Shown here piece after piece: positions 11,549 through 25,277 of a stretch of DNA of 64,000 bases. Position 1 is the stretch's first letter, and every line of letters starts with the position of its first letter. Below the pieces are notes generated by a model. It made no database searches, was not told where the DNA came from, and saw only the letters and a list, made by a program, of their open reading frames with translations. A program made the position numbers and the translations under genes. Origin of the DNA: Azolla caroliniana (lineage: Eukaryota > Plantae > Polypodiophyta); assembly GCA_043228905.1 (NCBI GenBank), contig JBHGNT010000004.1, positions 496,001-560,000 of the forward strand, read 5' to 3'.

Positions 11549-13450
11549 TCATTCAATCTTTTCTGACGATATCACCTTTGCAAAGCCTAAGGTGACGCCC
11601 AAGGTCCATCGTTCAAAGGAGCCATTAACAAAGTCATAATATGCCCCATGCAATGTCACCTCTCCATTCTCAACTCTCTCTCTCACAAAGGGAAATGAAA
11701 GACAATTCCTCAACGATTGATCAACTGATTCCTAGACATTGAGCATGATAATAATTATAGTTAAATAGACATGGCCAAATTAAGTTCAAAGTAAATGGAG
11801 ATCAACTAGTAACTTATAATTAAGATGGAAATAAAAACACTATCAAAGTAAATGAGGATGAGACCCCTAGTAATGGATCATTTATAGAAGATTTTACAAG
11901 ATATTTAATATATTCTAACCTTTTCACAATAGGTGCATTGTTCATCAAAGGAGTCATATGCACGTGTATTTTTCACCTTCCAGGAAGCCCCTTTTCCGAT
12001 CAAGACCCAATCTTCAATGAATTCACTGCAGTTATAGGTAGCATAAGGATATCAAATTAGACATGAGTTTAGCAGATGATATCAAGGGGATCATTATGAA
12101 ATATGTAGCTCTATCACCTGAGTTCAGATGAAGGTATGTTTTAAATGCCAATTCCTCTTCTTTAAACAAAGTTCTTTTTCAATCCCCTTTTTAGTAATAA
12201 TAAGAAAAAATTTAGATGCCATTCTTACAAAAATCTATGTTCTTAAGTGCCTTTCTTTATATATACAGAAGGGTACAGATAAAACAAAAATGGAGGTGCT
12301 TAAAGAAGTTTGAATACAAAAAGCTTGTTTGTTTAATTCAAGGGAAATTTACAAAAAAGAGGAGAGGTTTTAATCTATCTAGGTACGGTCAAACAGGCAT
12401 TATAAAGAGGATCTGTTGCATATAGTGAATAAAGTTATATATAGACCTGAATTTGTTCGAACCATCTTCTTTCATTTCCATCAAAGCTCTGATACCACCA
12501 CACCGGCTGTGCCCAATAACAATGAGGTGTTTTACCTATAATAAAAACAAAACAAGAAGGCACCGAATTTTGTAGTTCAAGGGAAACAAGTAGCAATCTA
12601 TAATGCTAGAAAGAAAGAAAGACAGAAAGAAAGAGAAAAAGTAGTCTTTACCTTCAGCTGCAAAATACCAAATTCAATGGCAGCAGCAGTTGAAGAGCAT
12701 GATTTCTACATGAACATAAATATATACAAATCCTAATAAAAATGTATTTTTTCTTTCTCTAATTAGACTTTTTTTTTCTCAGAATATCAATTTTTAACAA
12801 TGTCTCTTACAGATGAGTATGGCGGAACTAGATTTGCAATATTGCGCAGTACGAAAGCATCGCCAATGTCTAGACCCATGATTTTGCATGGATCAACCCT
12901 TGAATCCGCGCATGAAATGATCATGAACTATCAATCAAACAAACAGAAATTTTCGAATCTTGGAGCTTTTCTTGAGTAGTTTGCACTATATAACATCATC
13001 TAAACCAATGGGAATATGTTAGCAAAATGGCACATATATATAACCGGTGGGCATTGAACTTCAGCCAGCGTCTTGAACAATTCTCTCTCTTTCCTGGAAG
13101 ACAAATCAAACACGTGTATAGATAGATACACAAGAACTTATTACAACTTCAAAACCCTGTTACAAGATGGGAAGAAATACCCCCAAGTTATTTTAGCCAT
13201 AAAAAGTTAAGAAATCAATGCAAAACAAGTTCAGAGGATTTTCAACGCATGGTAATGGATGCAAAACAGTGAAAGTAAATATATAACCGCAATGATATAC
13301 ACTTAGGTTTTAACTCACTTGTAATACTCCTTGAATTTGAGAAACCCTTTTCTAATCTTTTCCAGTGGTTCAACTTTGCTTGTCAGCTCAGACACATCTG
13401 TCTTCGGTTCCATGACAGTTGTTTTTGGCTTGGTCAGTGTAATGCTTTGT
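11549..13450 (-). CDS. BCA: Beta-class carbonic anhydrase (at least 7 coding exons; 5' end uncertain)
   Basis: GT-AG exons in consistent phase: 13450-13319, 13093-13045, 12927-12811, 12705-12652, 12535-12447, 12025-11920, 11731-11549 (TGA). The product contains [59 protein letters not shown] and [16 protein letters not shown], with the Cys, His and Cys zinc ligands intact. An in-exon ATG lies at 13413; further upstream exons are possible. Confidence 0.93.
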
Positions 13451-15029
13451 CTGCAAAATACACACAACATTATTAGTCTCATACCAAAGTCACCATGGAA
13501 TTCAATGGATACGTAAATTAGAAATATATATATGAGCAAGTCATAAGATATGTGTGTATATACACTTTGACCAAGTATAGAGATCACTGATGTTTCAAAT
13601 CTTGGTGAACATTGATGTTCAGTCTATCCATCTATTTTACATTCATCACTGTCTTGGATATGTTCAATAAACAAAAAACCAAGCATGTCAAATACAATGC
13701 ATTCCATGCACAGATAACAACAAAACAGAGAAATTAGAGAGGGGAAATAGTTAACTTAACTATCATATTTTGCGTAGCACGATTCATGGAAATGAGAGAT
13801 GTAGTGAATTTTTTACTTGGAGAAAATAATGAGGAACTGAGAACATTGAAAAACTCTGACTTTCTTTATGTGGTGTTTCTCTACACAAAACTATATTTAT
13901 TCCGTAAACTTTATATATGTAAAAACCAGTTCATATAATCAATTGAAAGTTTCTTGATCGAAATATAGAGCACAGGTTAACTGATTTTGCCTATCACACA
14001 TAATTTTTCTTTACAAAGTCCGATTGAATCTAAACAACAAATGCTGGTATTACATTGCCACCACCTTGTCCCATTCCCAAGGTTTAAATTTGAACTAAAG
14101 ATTAATATCCAGGATCAAGATAAATGGGCATAGATTCCATGTTTCAACAGTTTATTGAGATTGAACTTGAGCCCCAAATTTTATAGTGCCACATTGTGTC
14201 ATCATACAATGTGTCTAAATTGGCGTGCTATATCCAAAATAAGAGAAGATGACTATAGAGGAAGAACTTCCTTTTTTTCACACTGTTTGAGTTTACATAT
14301 TGCATAAATTATAGTACAGTTAGATACCACTGTAGCACTAAAAGCTCAACGACTGTTTTCCAAGTCTATCAAGTTTACACTTCAGGGTGAGGTGCATCCA
14401 CTCAGATAGCATGGGGAGGTCGAATAACTGTGACCATATCAATCCACTCCATAGTGTATGATCTAGCATAGCTAGAGACCACTATAGCATCAGTGCAGAA
14501 TATGATATAGATAGACATCTCTTTCTAGAAAGAATTGTACCTCTCCAGAAATCCTCAGATCTGGCTTTCCTGAAATAAAAACTGTTTGAATATGAACCAT
14601 GCAAAAACTATCACAATCCCCTGGAAAAACACATAGAAGGAAAACTCTTCCAAAGTTCAAAAACTTACTCTGTTGACCGGGATTTGAGGAAGTAAAGAAG
14701 CAAGAGATAGCTGATTCAAAGGGCTGATAAAAAATAAAGAAAGAAAGAAAGAACTCTCTGGTATTAGGGTCCTATCCCTACAGTAATTTGATGTATGACC
14801 TTCTAGTCTCTGTTAGATAATCTTACCAACTAGCTACAATCAGCTAGGCGCTCTCTCTATCTATCTATTTGTCTCTCTATAGAGCTGCATGAATTAGAAT
14901 TAGAATTAGAATTTTTATCATCCATAAAGAGGCCACTTTTGACGTATGGGACTGTCCTAGCATCCAAGAGAAGAAAGGGGGCTTTTCCTTTTGGGATGAC
15001 ATTGCTATGTGATTGAGAGGCGACTTGAG

Positions 15030-17630
15030 AAAAGAAGTCAAAATGGAGTAGCAGAGAGGAAGAATAGACATCTTCTAGAGGTAACAAGAAGCATGATGAT
15101 TTCTATGAATGTCCCAAAGCAGCTGTGGGGACAGGCAGTTTTGATGGCTGCCGCATTAATCAATAGAATGCCCTCTAGAGTATTGGAGTGGAAGTCTCCA
15201 TGTGAGTTGTTGCAAGGGAATAGCTCTGGAATCCTTCCTATGAAGGTGTTTGGATGTGTGTGTTTTGTAAAGGACAGTAGACCATCTGTAGGAAAACTTG
15301 ATCGTAGAGCTGTGAAACGTGTATTTGTGGGATACTCGGCCACACAAAAAGGATATGTTTGTTGGAGTCCAGTAGAGAAGAGATTATTTGTGAGCATGGA
15401 TGTGAATTTCAGAGAGTCGGAGCCATATTATAAACAAGAGGTAACTTCACCCTTTGATGATGGAGATAATGGTGAGAGGTTGCTAAAAATAGGATCAATT
15501 CCTTTGCTGATCACTACATCAGCTGCGAAACAAGTGAGCATAGAAGATAAGGAAAAGAAGACGATGAACCTATATGTGTTGGGACTCAAGCTGAGGAGGA
15601 GCTAAAGGTGTATACATAGAAGAGGAAGCAGAAAGAAGGAAATATGAACACGTCTTCAGTGCCACTTGTGCCATCAAGGTCCATGTCCCGACCTGCCTCA
15701 ACTTCTGAAATACCTATAGAACTCCCAAACCCAGAAATCACAGGTGATATGATTTCCTCTCCTTCTCCTATAGAGGTTAGGAGGACCTCACGCAATAATG
15801 CAAGAGTCCCTGCTGATCGTTATGGTTTTCCTCATGATATTGCTCAATTTATATTGCTACACATAGAGCATTCATTGCATCATTGGACTCTCTCACTTTA
15901 CCCGAGAAGATCCAAAGTGGAAAGCAGCCATGCAAGAAGAACTCGGAGATCTTGAGAAGAACAAAACTTGGGAGATTGTGTCACTACCACCGGGAAAGAA
16001 GGCGGTCAGTGCAAATGGGTGTTTACAATAAAACAGACCCCAAAGGGGAAAATAGATCGATACAAGGCACGATTGGTGGCTAAGGGATATAGTCAGACAT
16101 ATGGTGTTGATTATGATGAGACTTTTGCACCTGTAGCGAAGATGAGCACTGTTAGAACGCTTATTTCCTTAGCAATGAAAAAGGATTGGAAATTACATTA
16201 ATTAAATGTAAAAAATGCATTCCTTCATGGAGAGTTGATGGAGGAAGTGTACATGGATATCCCCCCAGGTTTTGGTACAATTCAAACAGTAGGTAAGGTT
16301 TGTAGACTAAGGAAGTCGCTTTATGGACTAAAGCAATTCCTCGAGCCTGGTTCGACAAGTTAAGAAGGGCTATGGTGGGTATGGGATACCAACAAACGAA
16401 TGCAGAGCGTACAGTGTTTTTTCGACAACACAAGGAGCATACTACATTACTTGTTGTGTATGTGGATGATATAATTATCACGGGTAACGATGAAGGAGAA
16501 ATCGCCCAACTGAAGGTGCAATTGCGTAAAGAGTTTGAGGTGAAGGATTTCGGATTTCTACAATACTTTCTTGGAATTGAGGTAGCTCGTGGAGCAGGAG
16601 TTGTTCTATCTCGGCAAAAATATGTATTAGATCTTCTCACAAAAACTGGAACGTTGGGTTGTAGGCCCGTAGCTTCTCCAATCGACCAAAAGATCAAGCT
16701 AACTGAACTTGTAGGAGAGAAAGTTGACCGTGAAAGGTATCAAAGATTGGTAGGTCGACTGATTTATTTGACTCACACCCGTCAAGATATTTCATTTGTA
16801 GTAAATGTGGTAAGTCTCTACATGCATGATCTGAGGAAAGATCATATGGATGCAGTGTACCATATTCTAAGATATCTCAAAGGCGCCTCGGGGAAGGGAT
16901 TGATCTTTAGAAGACATGGTCATTTTAACATTGAGGGCTATTGTGATTCTGATTGGGCCAATTGTGCTGATGATAGGAAATCCACATCAGGATACTGCAT
17001 GTTTGTTGGGGGCAATCTGGTCTCTTGGAAGAGTAAGAAATTGTCAGTAGTAGCAAGGTCAACAGCCAAAGCAGAGTATAGAGCTATTGCTATAGGAGTT
17101 GCGGAGATGTTATGGCTGAGAACTCTCCTAGTAGAACTAAAGGTGAATCAAGAAAATCAGATGATGTTGTGGTGTGACAATAAGTCAGTAATCAGCATTG
17201 CCAACAATCCGGTACAGCATGATAGGACCAAGCACATCGAAATCGACAGATTCTTTATCACGGAGAAGCTTGATAACGGAGTCATGTTTCTACTGAACCT
17301 CAAGTAGCAGATTGTCTAACAAAGGGACTTGGGCCGGTAAGTCTTACTAGATTGTGTGACAAGATGGGCTTAGTGGATATTTTTTCGCCCATCTTGACGG
17401 GGAGTGTTGAGAATGATTAAAAGTTATAACGGCTAGCCCAACGGTTAGTTAGCTCCAACGGCCAGATCTTGGCCTTTATAAAGAGGAACTTTCTCCTCAT
17501 GTAAATATGAGCGATCTCTGTATTTTCTCCCTCCTATTGTGATATACCAATGTATATTATTGAACAAATGTGCCTTCTCATTTTTCTATTGATACGATCA
17601 ATAGGCATTCTTGCTTTATATTGAGACCAA
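15030..17630 (+). mobile_element. 5'-truncated, decayed Ty1/Copia of a second family (integrase C-part, RT, RNase H, PPT, 3' LTR from about 17405)
   Basis: QNGVAERKNRHLLE, CKWVFTIK, YKARLVAKGY, YVDDIIITG, YCDSDWA and RTKHIEIDRFF are split by stops and frameshifts. PPT GACGGGGAG is followed by TGTTGAG at 17405. The LTR end is uncertain. Confidence 0.9.
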
Positions 17631-18639
17631 CATTAAGGGTTGACATTTACAATGTAGTATTCTATCTTTGTCCTCTTAGCATCTTCCCACTCCATCCTTG
17701 ATGATTTCAACCATTGTTCAATCATTACATAATGCATAGCACCGCCCGAAAGCTCGAAAAGATTATCCACACCCCATCTTCTAAACCATTTCCTTATGTC
17801 AACAACCCAAGCGGATGAGAGAATCTTACTCTTATGACTTTTGTAATGTTTTTATATACTCTTTGGAGTGCCAATATTTCTACGGGTTGAACACCTATTA
17901 CCAAGAGCATAACCTGGTAAGAGGTAGTGCATTTAACTCCTAATTGCCTCCTTAAAAACATCTTTTGAATTTTCTCAATCTCATTCCATGCATTAAGAGA
18001 TATGGTGCCACTCCATACTTATACTCCATAAAGCAATACATGAGTTACCATGGCATTAGTTTTACTTCCCATCCACGAGGCCAACAATTTAAGGGGGGGT
18101 GGGGGGGGGGAGGAGAGCAAGTTAGAGGAGAATTCGGAGAGAAAGATATGCTCAAACAATTTACACCCATTTAAATGAACAATGCATGTAGATCCATGCC
18201 AACCAGCATAATAGCTCTAGAGGATGAAAAAGACCTACGCTTTCTAGCTGGCTAGAAGTCAGTTGATACAACTCACACAAAAGAGGAACTCATCAAATGT
18301 ATGGGGTATTCATCCCGATATGTATATACGCCCAGTTTTGCTGAGCCTCTATGAAATGCTTCCGCTAAAAATGGCAAGAAAATCAAACTCATCTACAAGG
18401 ATGGAAGAAGAACAAGCTTTCTAATTATTTTTACTATCATGGTAGGCTCACACTTCCAAGACTATATAGTATGATTGTGGGAAAAGACAATTAGTAAATT
18501 GGTAGACAAACAAAATTTAAAAGAGCCATTTGCCAAAACATTCATGACAAACAATCTCATTATCTTCTACTCATAAAAAAAGACAGAGCCGACTCAAGGT
18601 TGAAACTCTATATTTGTTGCTTTGTAAATTTCAGAAAAT

Positions 18640-19080
18640 CCTCTATACAATAGCACAAAAGGAACTCCAAGAATGTATGGAAAAAAATGGTATATTATGT
18701 GAATACCAATACAAAATGTTTTTCAAGTGAGCTTCGGGGCAATCTCAAGGTAATGCAAGGGTGCCCTCTCTCACCCATTGTGTTTGGCTTATGCATAAAC
18801 CACTTCAAATATTTCACCACGCAAGCATAACAAATTAAGCAGCTTTCTAACATAAACTTTCAACAGTCAGTTACGCCACAGCTTTGCTATACAAACAGTA
18901 CAATGCTCTTCTCAGAGGATGTCAATACCTAATTTCAATACTTACTTCACAGCATTGAGAGTTTTCGTCGAGAGAGTGGCCTTTTGAGTAAATGCAAGAA
19001 AAACCAAAAGTCAAGACCAAGCAGCCAAATGTCTACCCATACGTCGCATACAAGCACACGGTCTTGAATCCGTGAGCTTT
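18640..19080 (+). pseudogene. Old non-LTR (LINE) RT fragment
   Basis: Near 18750 the sequence reads VMQGCPLSP followed by frameshifted FGLCI, a LINE RT motif. Heavily degraded. Confidence 0.55.
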
Positions 19081-19778
19081 TAAACGGGTTGAGCAAGCTA
19101 CACTTTAAATCACCAAAGACTGGACAATGCCATAGTTGCCAATTGTTTCATAAACTGGAAGGGTGAAGAAACAAAGGATAACCCTTGATAAATGACAAAA
19201 TGCTACCTCCGAAAAAAAAAAATGCATATTATATATAATAAGTATAATATAAAACTCTGAAAATAGGATCCAATTTTAATTTGTATAGCATAGATAATCA
19301 GTATAGCATATATGAGATAGTGGAATGTATAAGTGGATCAGAACTTTGAAAAAACGAAAATCAAAATTTAGAAATGATAAGAGTTCGAAGAGACTAAATG
19401 TAATCCTACATGAGGATGTGTTAGATGATCCTTTTCTTTTCTCTATAGTTTTTGAAGATGTTCTATGATCATCCACAAACTGAAAAGTCAGTGCGCTAGC
19501 TGATGCTCTATGCATTCGTATATCTTCTATTACAGTGCTGAAGGAGTTTTAAAAGCGGGTGCATTTGATGATCCTTTTCCTAGTTTTAAAGATGTTCGAA
19601 GATTCCGAAGACAGGCAAGGCATTGTGCGGTAGATGATGACGACTAATCAATCTCATCGATAAAAATCCAGAAAAACACAGGAAATATCAAAGGCATTGC
19701 ATAGTCCGCAAATCCCACAGTGGGACCGTATGCTGGAAACATACACACACACATATATACATATAAATATAAATATAA

Positions 19779-19822
<44 letters not shown>
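19779..19822. repeat. (GT)n microsatellite
   Basis: Directly visible. Confidence 0.95.
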
Positions 19823-19824
<2 letters not shown>

Positions 19825-20251
19825 ATATCTTTCTTTTGCTTTCCTTTGTTTTTTTGGTTTTCCTGCTTTTTTGCTGTATTTGTTTCTACTCTTCGGTTCT
19901 TTGATGTTGGTTTTTTTGTTCCTTACCTTTTCTTATTGGTTAAAATAAATAAAAGAATGGAGTTAGACGAGCTCGCCGCAGCACAAAAGAAGCAGAACAG
20001 AATGACAGATGCATTTTTAAGCATACGTTATTATTAATATGAGGAGCTATGGCGTCGTAGCAAATACCTGGTTGGGTACCACGCAGATCCTCCCGGCCTC
20101 TGTCTTCTTGCTGTCTGTCGGTCTGTCGGTCGGTCTCTCTGGCTTAAGCAATGTCTGCAAAAATACAGAGAAATACAAGCATCTCCTGTTCCATAGAGAA
20201 AAGCAGAGAAAAGCAAATCCTTCACACCCCACCACCTTCCCATAATAACAT

Positions 20252-20435
20252 TTATTTATTTGTTTTATGTATTTTTATTTTCTTTAATTGTATTTTCTTT
20301 TCTTTCTTTTTTTTTCTTTCTTTTTTATTTTTTTTATTTTTTATTTTTTTTTTTATTTTTTTTTTATTCTTTATTATTGTTTCCTTTTAAAATTTTTAAA
20401 ATTTTAATGTTTTCTTTTTCCTTTTTTTTTCATTT
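20252..20435. repeat. T-rich low-complexity tract
   Basis: Nearly pure T with scattered A and C; it produces the spurious Phe-rich ORFs. Confidence 0.85.
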
Positions 20436-20699
20436 AACGTTCTTGTGAGGGGGACCTACTCTCATTGGAAAGATTCCAACAATATTTGAACATGCAAATG
20501 TTCCCCTCCGACTTTTTTTGGATAGTTGTAGATAATTATTAAACATCTGAATTTGTTCCGCATTAACAGAAAGTTGCATGAGAGGAAATGATCGCTAGCT
20601 TATAAGAGGAAATTCCGAAGTGTTTATAGACGATAAGACACGTTTACATCATGTTAGAAGTTGAACAAGTTCTTGGTAATTGAGAAAAGAGTCATACTA

Positions 20700-20709
20700 G
20701 ACACGTGGC
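20700..20709. promoter_or_regulatory. ABRE/G-box element GACACGTGGC
   Basis: Exact match to the canonical ABRE, between the divergent CA and CYSTM genes. Function untested. Confidence 0.35.
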
Positions 20710-23700
20710 GTCTTATCGTGGACATTGTTTCCAAAGACGAAAGAGCATGGCAATTGCCTAAAACATTAATACGATATCATTTTCAAACTTTCTTGTCCCA
20801 AACATCAATGAAAGGAAATATTATGTAAACAGGATTCAATAATATTCTTATTTATTGAGTAATCACTTCTATTAGGCGTTGATTGCAGGCTATGATGTGG
20901 ATCAGTGGCATGGAATGCGCGTTTTTGGAGTTGAGATTGACCTATGTGGTGCTAGCAAGTAAGGTCGAGGACAACTTGTGTTGGTTTTATGCCACACCTA
21001 ATAGATATGGGTCCACCTTTACTTTGTTTATGCCTCAATTATATTTGTATGGTTTATGCCATGCTCTTTCTTCGAGTTGTGGATTTTGCATGGGGACTTA
21101 AAAAGGGAATTTTACTAAATAATAAGTATAATGGCAATATTACCTCTTCTACTAGGGTTTTGTGTTTCCATTATTTACATACATGTTATCTCATTTACCG
21201 ATATTTTCAAAAAATGCCTCTCACTTTGATTAAAGGGCTCATTGGTGTGTATGTATATGCAAACACAGATAAGGGTATTATAACGAGTTACTAAGAATGT
21301 TGCCAATAAGGGATGACAAAGTGATCAAGATCCTTAATAGCCAAATCGTGACTTGTCTTCATTGTATATATATAATATTTTGCAAGAATGTATGTGATTT
21401 CCTCAAATGGCCCAAAGTTTTCTTTACTAGTGTGAATGCTCGATGTGAGAAAGTTAGGGATAAGTAAGTAGATGCCAATGAGCTTAGAATTCATAATTAA
21501 ATAAAACTTATGATGGAGCGCATCAAAATCTCACCTTTGTAGTGGCATCAATGATTGCAATATAAGATGTTCTTTAGAAATATATTCACTTTGAACGAGT
21601 TTTTTCATTCACTATTAATTTTATTAGATTCTCGTATTATGATAACTATTTATATCTGAATGGCAAAGTTTGAAAATGAAGGGAAGATTCTTAACTTGGG
21701 GACAATGTTAAAACAGTTCCAAACTAAATGTCAACAATGTGACCCTACATGAGATAAACATTAGTTAATATTGAGAGTAGTCATATTTACTATCATATAG
21801 TAATGTGTTTACGTATTCTTGAAAAGCCGAAAACCACATATGTCAAGCTATTTATGGTTCAAAGGTTATTGAATTCATGAGTTTTACTTTATTTTTCTCT
21901 AACAGATTTGTTGCAAAAGAGCAATGCGTAGGTCTCATGGTTCACTGCCACACATAAGTGAGTTGCCATAATGAAGAAAGTTCATTGTTGAGTAAACAAT
22001 TACATAGCAAAATGATAGCTATGATGATTTTGTAATAAACTTGCCAAAATGTACTCCCACTTCGAATGTGAATGGATTTCCAACCCAATCAACGATCGTC
22101 TAGAATAAAGGGTCACCCTAAAGTGACGGACAAATGTGAGGTATAACGACAATTCATAGGTTTGTGAAGGAAAGACCAAGGATAAAGATTAATATTTATG
22201 GAAATGCATCAAACATGTAAAGAATATATGATAAGAAATGATTATGGGAGCAAAAAAGAAAGTATAAAGATCACATTATTCGGAGAAAAAGAAGAAGCAT
22301 GGGGAGTATCTAAGTTGAGTAGTGCCATAATCATGACAAACACAAAGGACCACATCATTATTACTTGAACATTTGATTTGATTCGCAATTACTTGTTGAA
22401 TTAACACGGTTTGAATATCTTGACCAAGACACACATGCATTGCCAAATGCATAGTCTTCAGTTTGTGACCGTGGTTTAGGCTAAAGAAGATTTGAGCTTG
22501 AACACCCTCCACTATGGATTATACAAATTAAGGGGTAATTAGGGGCTAAAAATGAGGGGAAAAGGCAAAATCTAGAATTGTGGCCACCAAAAAGAAAAAC
22601 ATAACATGCATCTCTCATCACAAAACAAATTTTCCAATGAAATTTGCAATATACATGAAAAGCCCAATTTCAAATTCAAGACTTAGTTAGGTGGTGATCT
22701 TGATGTATTCGGCCTCTTTTTTATGGATGGTGAAAGGAAGTTCTCGCTCTCTTTCTCCTTTACTTGTTGTTTTTTTCTATTCCCTCATAAAAAGAGTGTA
22801 TATATCGAAACAACATGTTAATATTAAAAAACACCCTTGTTGTCCCTACTAGCCAATTCCTACTACAATAGTGGGGATTGGATGGCAAGGCAAGCTCTCT
22901 CTCTCTCTCTCTCATCTATGTTTATTTTCGATGATTGGGTACAGATCCCATTTTGTTGTAACCAATTGTCTCACAGGCCAAATGTGGTCTTAGAAGACAT
23001 TAATATTTCTTTCTTTCTTTCTCAAGTTCGACCTAGCTCGCCTAGACTTTGCCCCTCATCTCATACATCATGATCAGTCTACCGTGAACCTTCAAAAGAA
23101 ATCTGGCAACCTTGAAAAGATAACAACGAGCAAGTTGAGGATACCATGATTTGTGGGCTTGCGATGCACGCGGAGTAAGATGAAGAGAAGGAGTGGAGTG
23201 CATAAGCGTGCATGCGTGTGGATGTGCGTGTATGTTAGGTCAAGCAGGGAAGATTCCATCCAGATAAGGTCGCGTGGTTCGGAGTCACGATTGGATGGTC
23301 AGATGTATCGATCCACAACAAACTTTTTTATACATATATTCCTCGAAAGGCCCAGGAGTTTTTTCTGGCTCTGGGTAACCAACCACCAGCACTATCAAAA
23401 AAGGAGAGAAAAAGATGGGCTTAATTTATATGTATATGTACATTAAAAAAAAAAAACAAAAGAAAAAGAAAAAGGAAAGAATAGACATTACATAAATAAT
23501 GTTTTGCTTGATTTGCAAGCCTAAAAAAAGCCTGATAACACATACATAGATATACATATATTATTATATATATGTAAATAAATGTAAATAAATATAAATA
23601 AATAAAGAAGAAGAAGAAGAAGAAGAAGAAGAAGGTGATGGGTATAAAAACAGAGCAGCCCTTCTTCTGTGTCTCCCTTCGATACAGAGAGCTTCTTCAC

Positions 23701-23749
23701 ACAGAGAGCCATTGACAAAAAACGACCAACGAGAAACAACACAGGAAGT

Positions 23750-23787
<38 letters not shown>

Positions 23788-23817
23788 AGGAAAGAAGAGC
23801 TTCTGGCCATTGTATCT

Positions 23818-25277
23818 ATGGCGGATCAACAGAAAGGTTACCCTTACGCTCCTCCTCCTCCAGGCTACCCCCAGCAGGGTATGCAAATCCCACTCTTTCT
23901 TTGTTTCTCTCCTTAATCCTTTCGTCTTTTCTCCCTTGTTTGCTGGAACACACACAGACACGCACGCACGCACGCACACGCACGCATGCAGAGGGAGAGG
24001 CAGACCAGACAGACAGAGGAAATGGAAAAACTAACCTTACTTCGTGACATTTACCGTTTGGCCCTCCTTCCATTGAGAGGCATTCATTCCAAAGGGACAC
24101 ATTCCTTTGTTTTTTGGTATATTGAGGAACCATAGATCACATCTTTTCTTTGTGCGTTCAGTAGTCAGCCAAATTCCCTGTTTTCTATTTTTTGATGTGG
24201 GAGAGGTAGATATGAATATTCAATGTGATGACATACATACATACATACATACATACATACATACATGTCTTTGCTAGCTTCGACAGGTGGCGGAGGGGTT
24301 GATTCTGTGGTGTAAAGCCACCAAACCAACAGGCAGACAGAGGACTAGAGAGAAGTGTTAGATTCAAGTCAGAGAGAGTAAATGATAGACACATTTGATG
24401 TCCTACAGAGACCATGGAAAGGATTGAACTAGGATTCTCTCAATTTTATGCATTGAAGGATATGATTTATGCCAGCGAGAGAGAGAGAGAGAGAGTTAAG
24501 AGAGATGTGTTGGTATTTAAAGACATATATTTTGTTTTCTGAGATTTTATGTAGGCTACCCTCAAGGAGGTTATTACCAGCAGCCACCTCCAGTTGTGCC
24601 CCCACCTCAATACTATCAGCAGCAACCGCCTCCAGGGAGAAATGCAGGATTCCTTGAAGGCTGGTAAGACCTCCCTCAGCTTCTCATTTCTTTTAGTATT
24701 TACATTTGAATTGAAATCTTCACAATAACAGGCAATTTTTTGTTGTTAGCCTAATTGAATCTCTATATAAAGTAAACAAATTTGTTTCATGTAGTTTGTT
24801 TGAATCTTTAGAATACCGTGCATCTTTTGTTTTTCTACTTTACTCAAATCCTCAAAATATATATATGTATATATCTTCCTTTTTGTACTTTACATGAATT
24901 TTCAAAATATTTCCATGTTTCTGTTTTCTCACGTTACTTTGAACCTTCACAAAAAACACATGCGTTTTTACTTGAGTATTTGCATACACTTCTTTTTTTT
25001 TTTACTTCACTTGAATATATACAAACACACATACGTATGTTCTTTACATTGAATCTTCACATGATACACCAGTTTTTTTCTGAGAGTCTTCTCAATACAC
25101 ATACATAAGTTACTTTCAATCTTCATAAATACACATGTTTTTATTATTTTACTTGAATATTTGCAACAAACACATAAATTGGTGCTTATTATTGCTATTG
25201 ACTTCAGCTTAGCAGCTTTATGTTGTTGCTGCCTCTTGGATGAATGCTGCTGTGATCCCACCATCATCTTCGCGTGA
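23818..25277 (+). CDS. CYSTM (cysteine-rich transmembrane module) peptide, 79 aa, 3 exons
   Basis: Exons 23818-23878, 24555-24663 and 25208-25277 have GT-AG junctions in matching phase and give [79 protein letters not shown]. The Pro/Gln/Tyr-rich N-terminus and [16 protein letters not shown] tail are the CYSTM signature. Confidence 0.95.

Noticed and set aside
14811-15030. 5' LTR of the second Copia family
   Set aside because: Starts with TGTTAG but does not match the 3' LTR at 17405 and has no PBS; origin unresolved.
21500-22520. Possible decayed DNA-transposon coding relic (similar impression at 37700-38500)
   Set aside because: No diagnostic motif, TIR or TSD could be identified by eye.
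23521-24133. Overlapping 105-152 aa ORFs around the CYSTM first exon
   Set aside because: Built from microsatellite-rich leader and intron sequence; the spliced CYSTM model explains the region.
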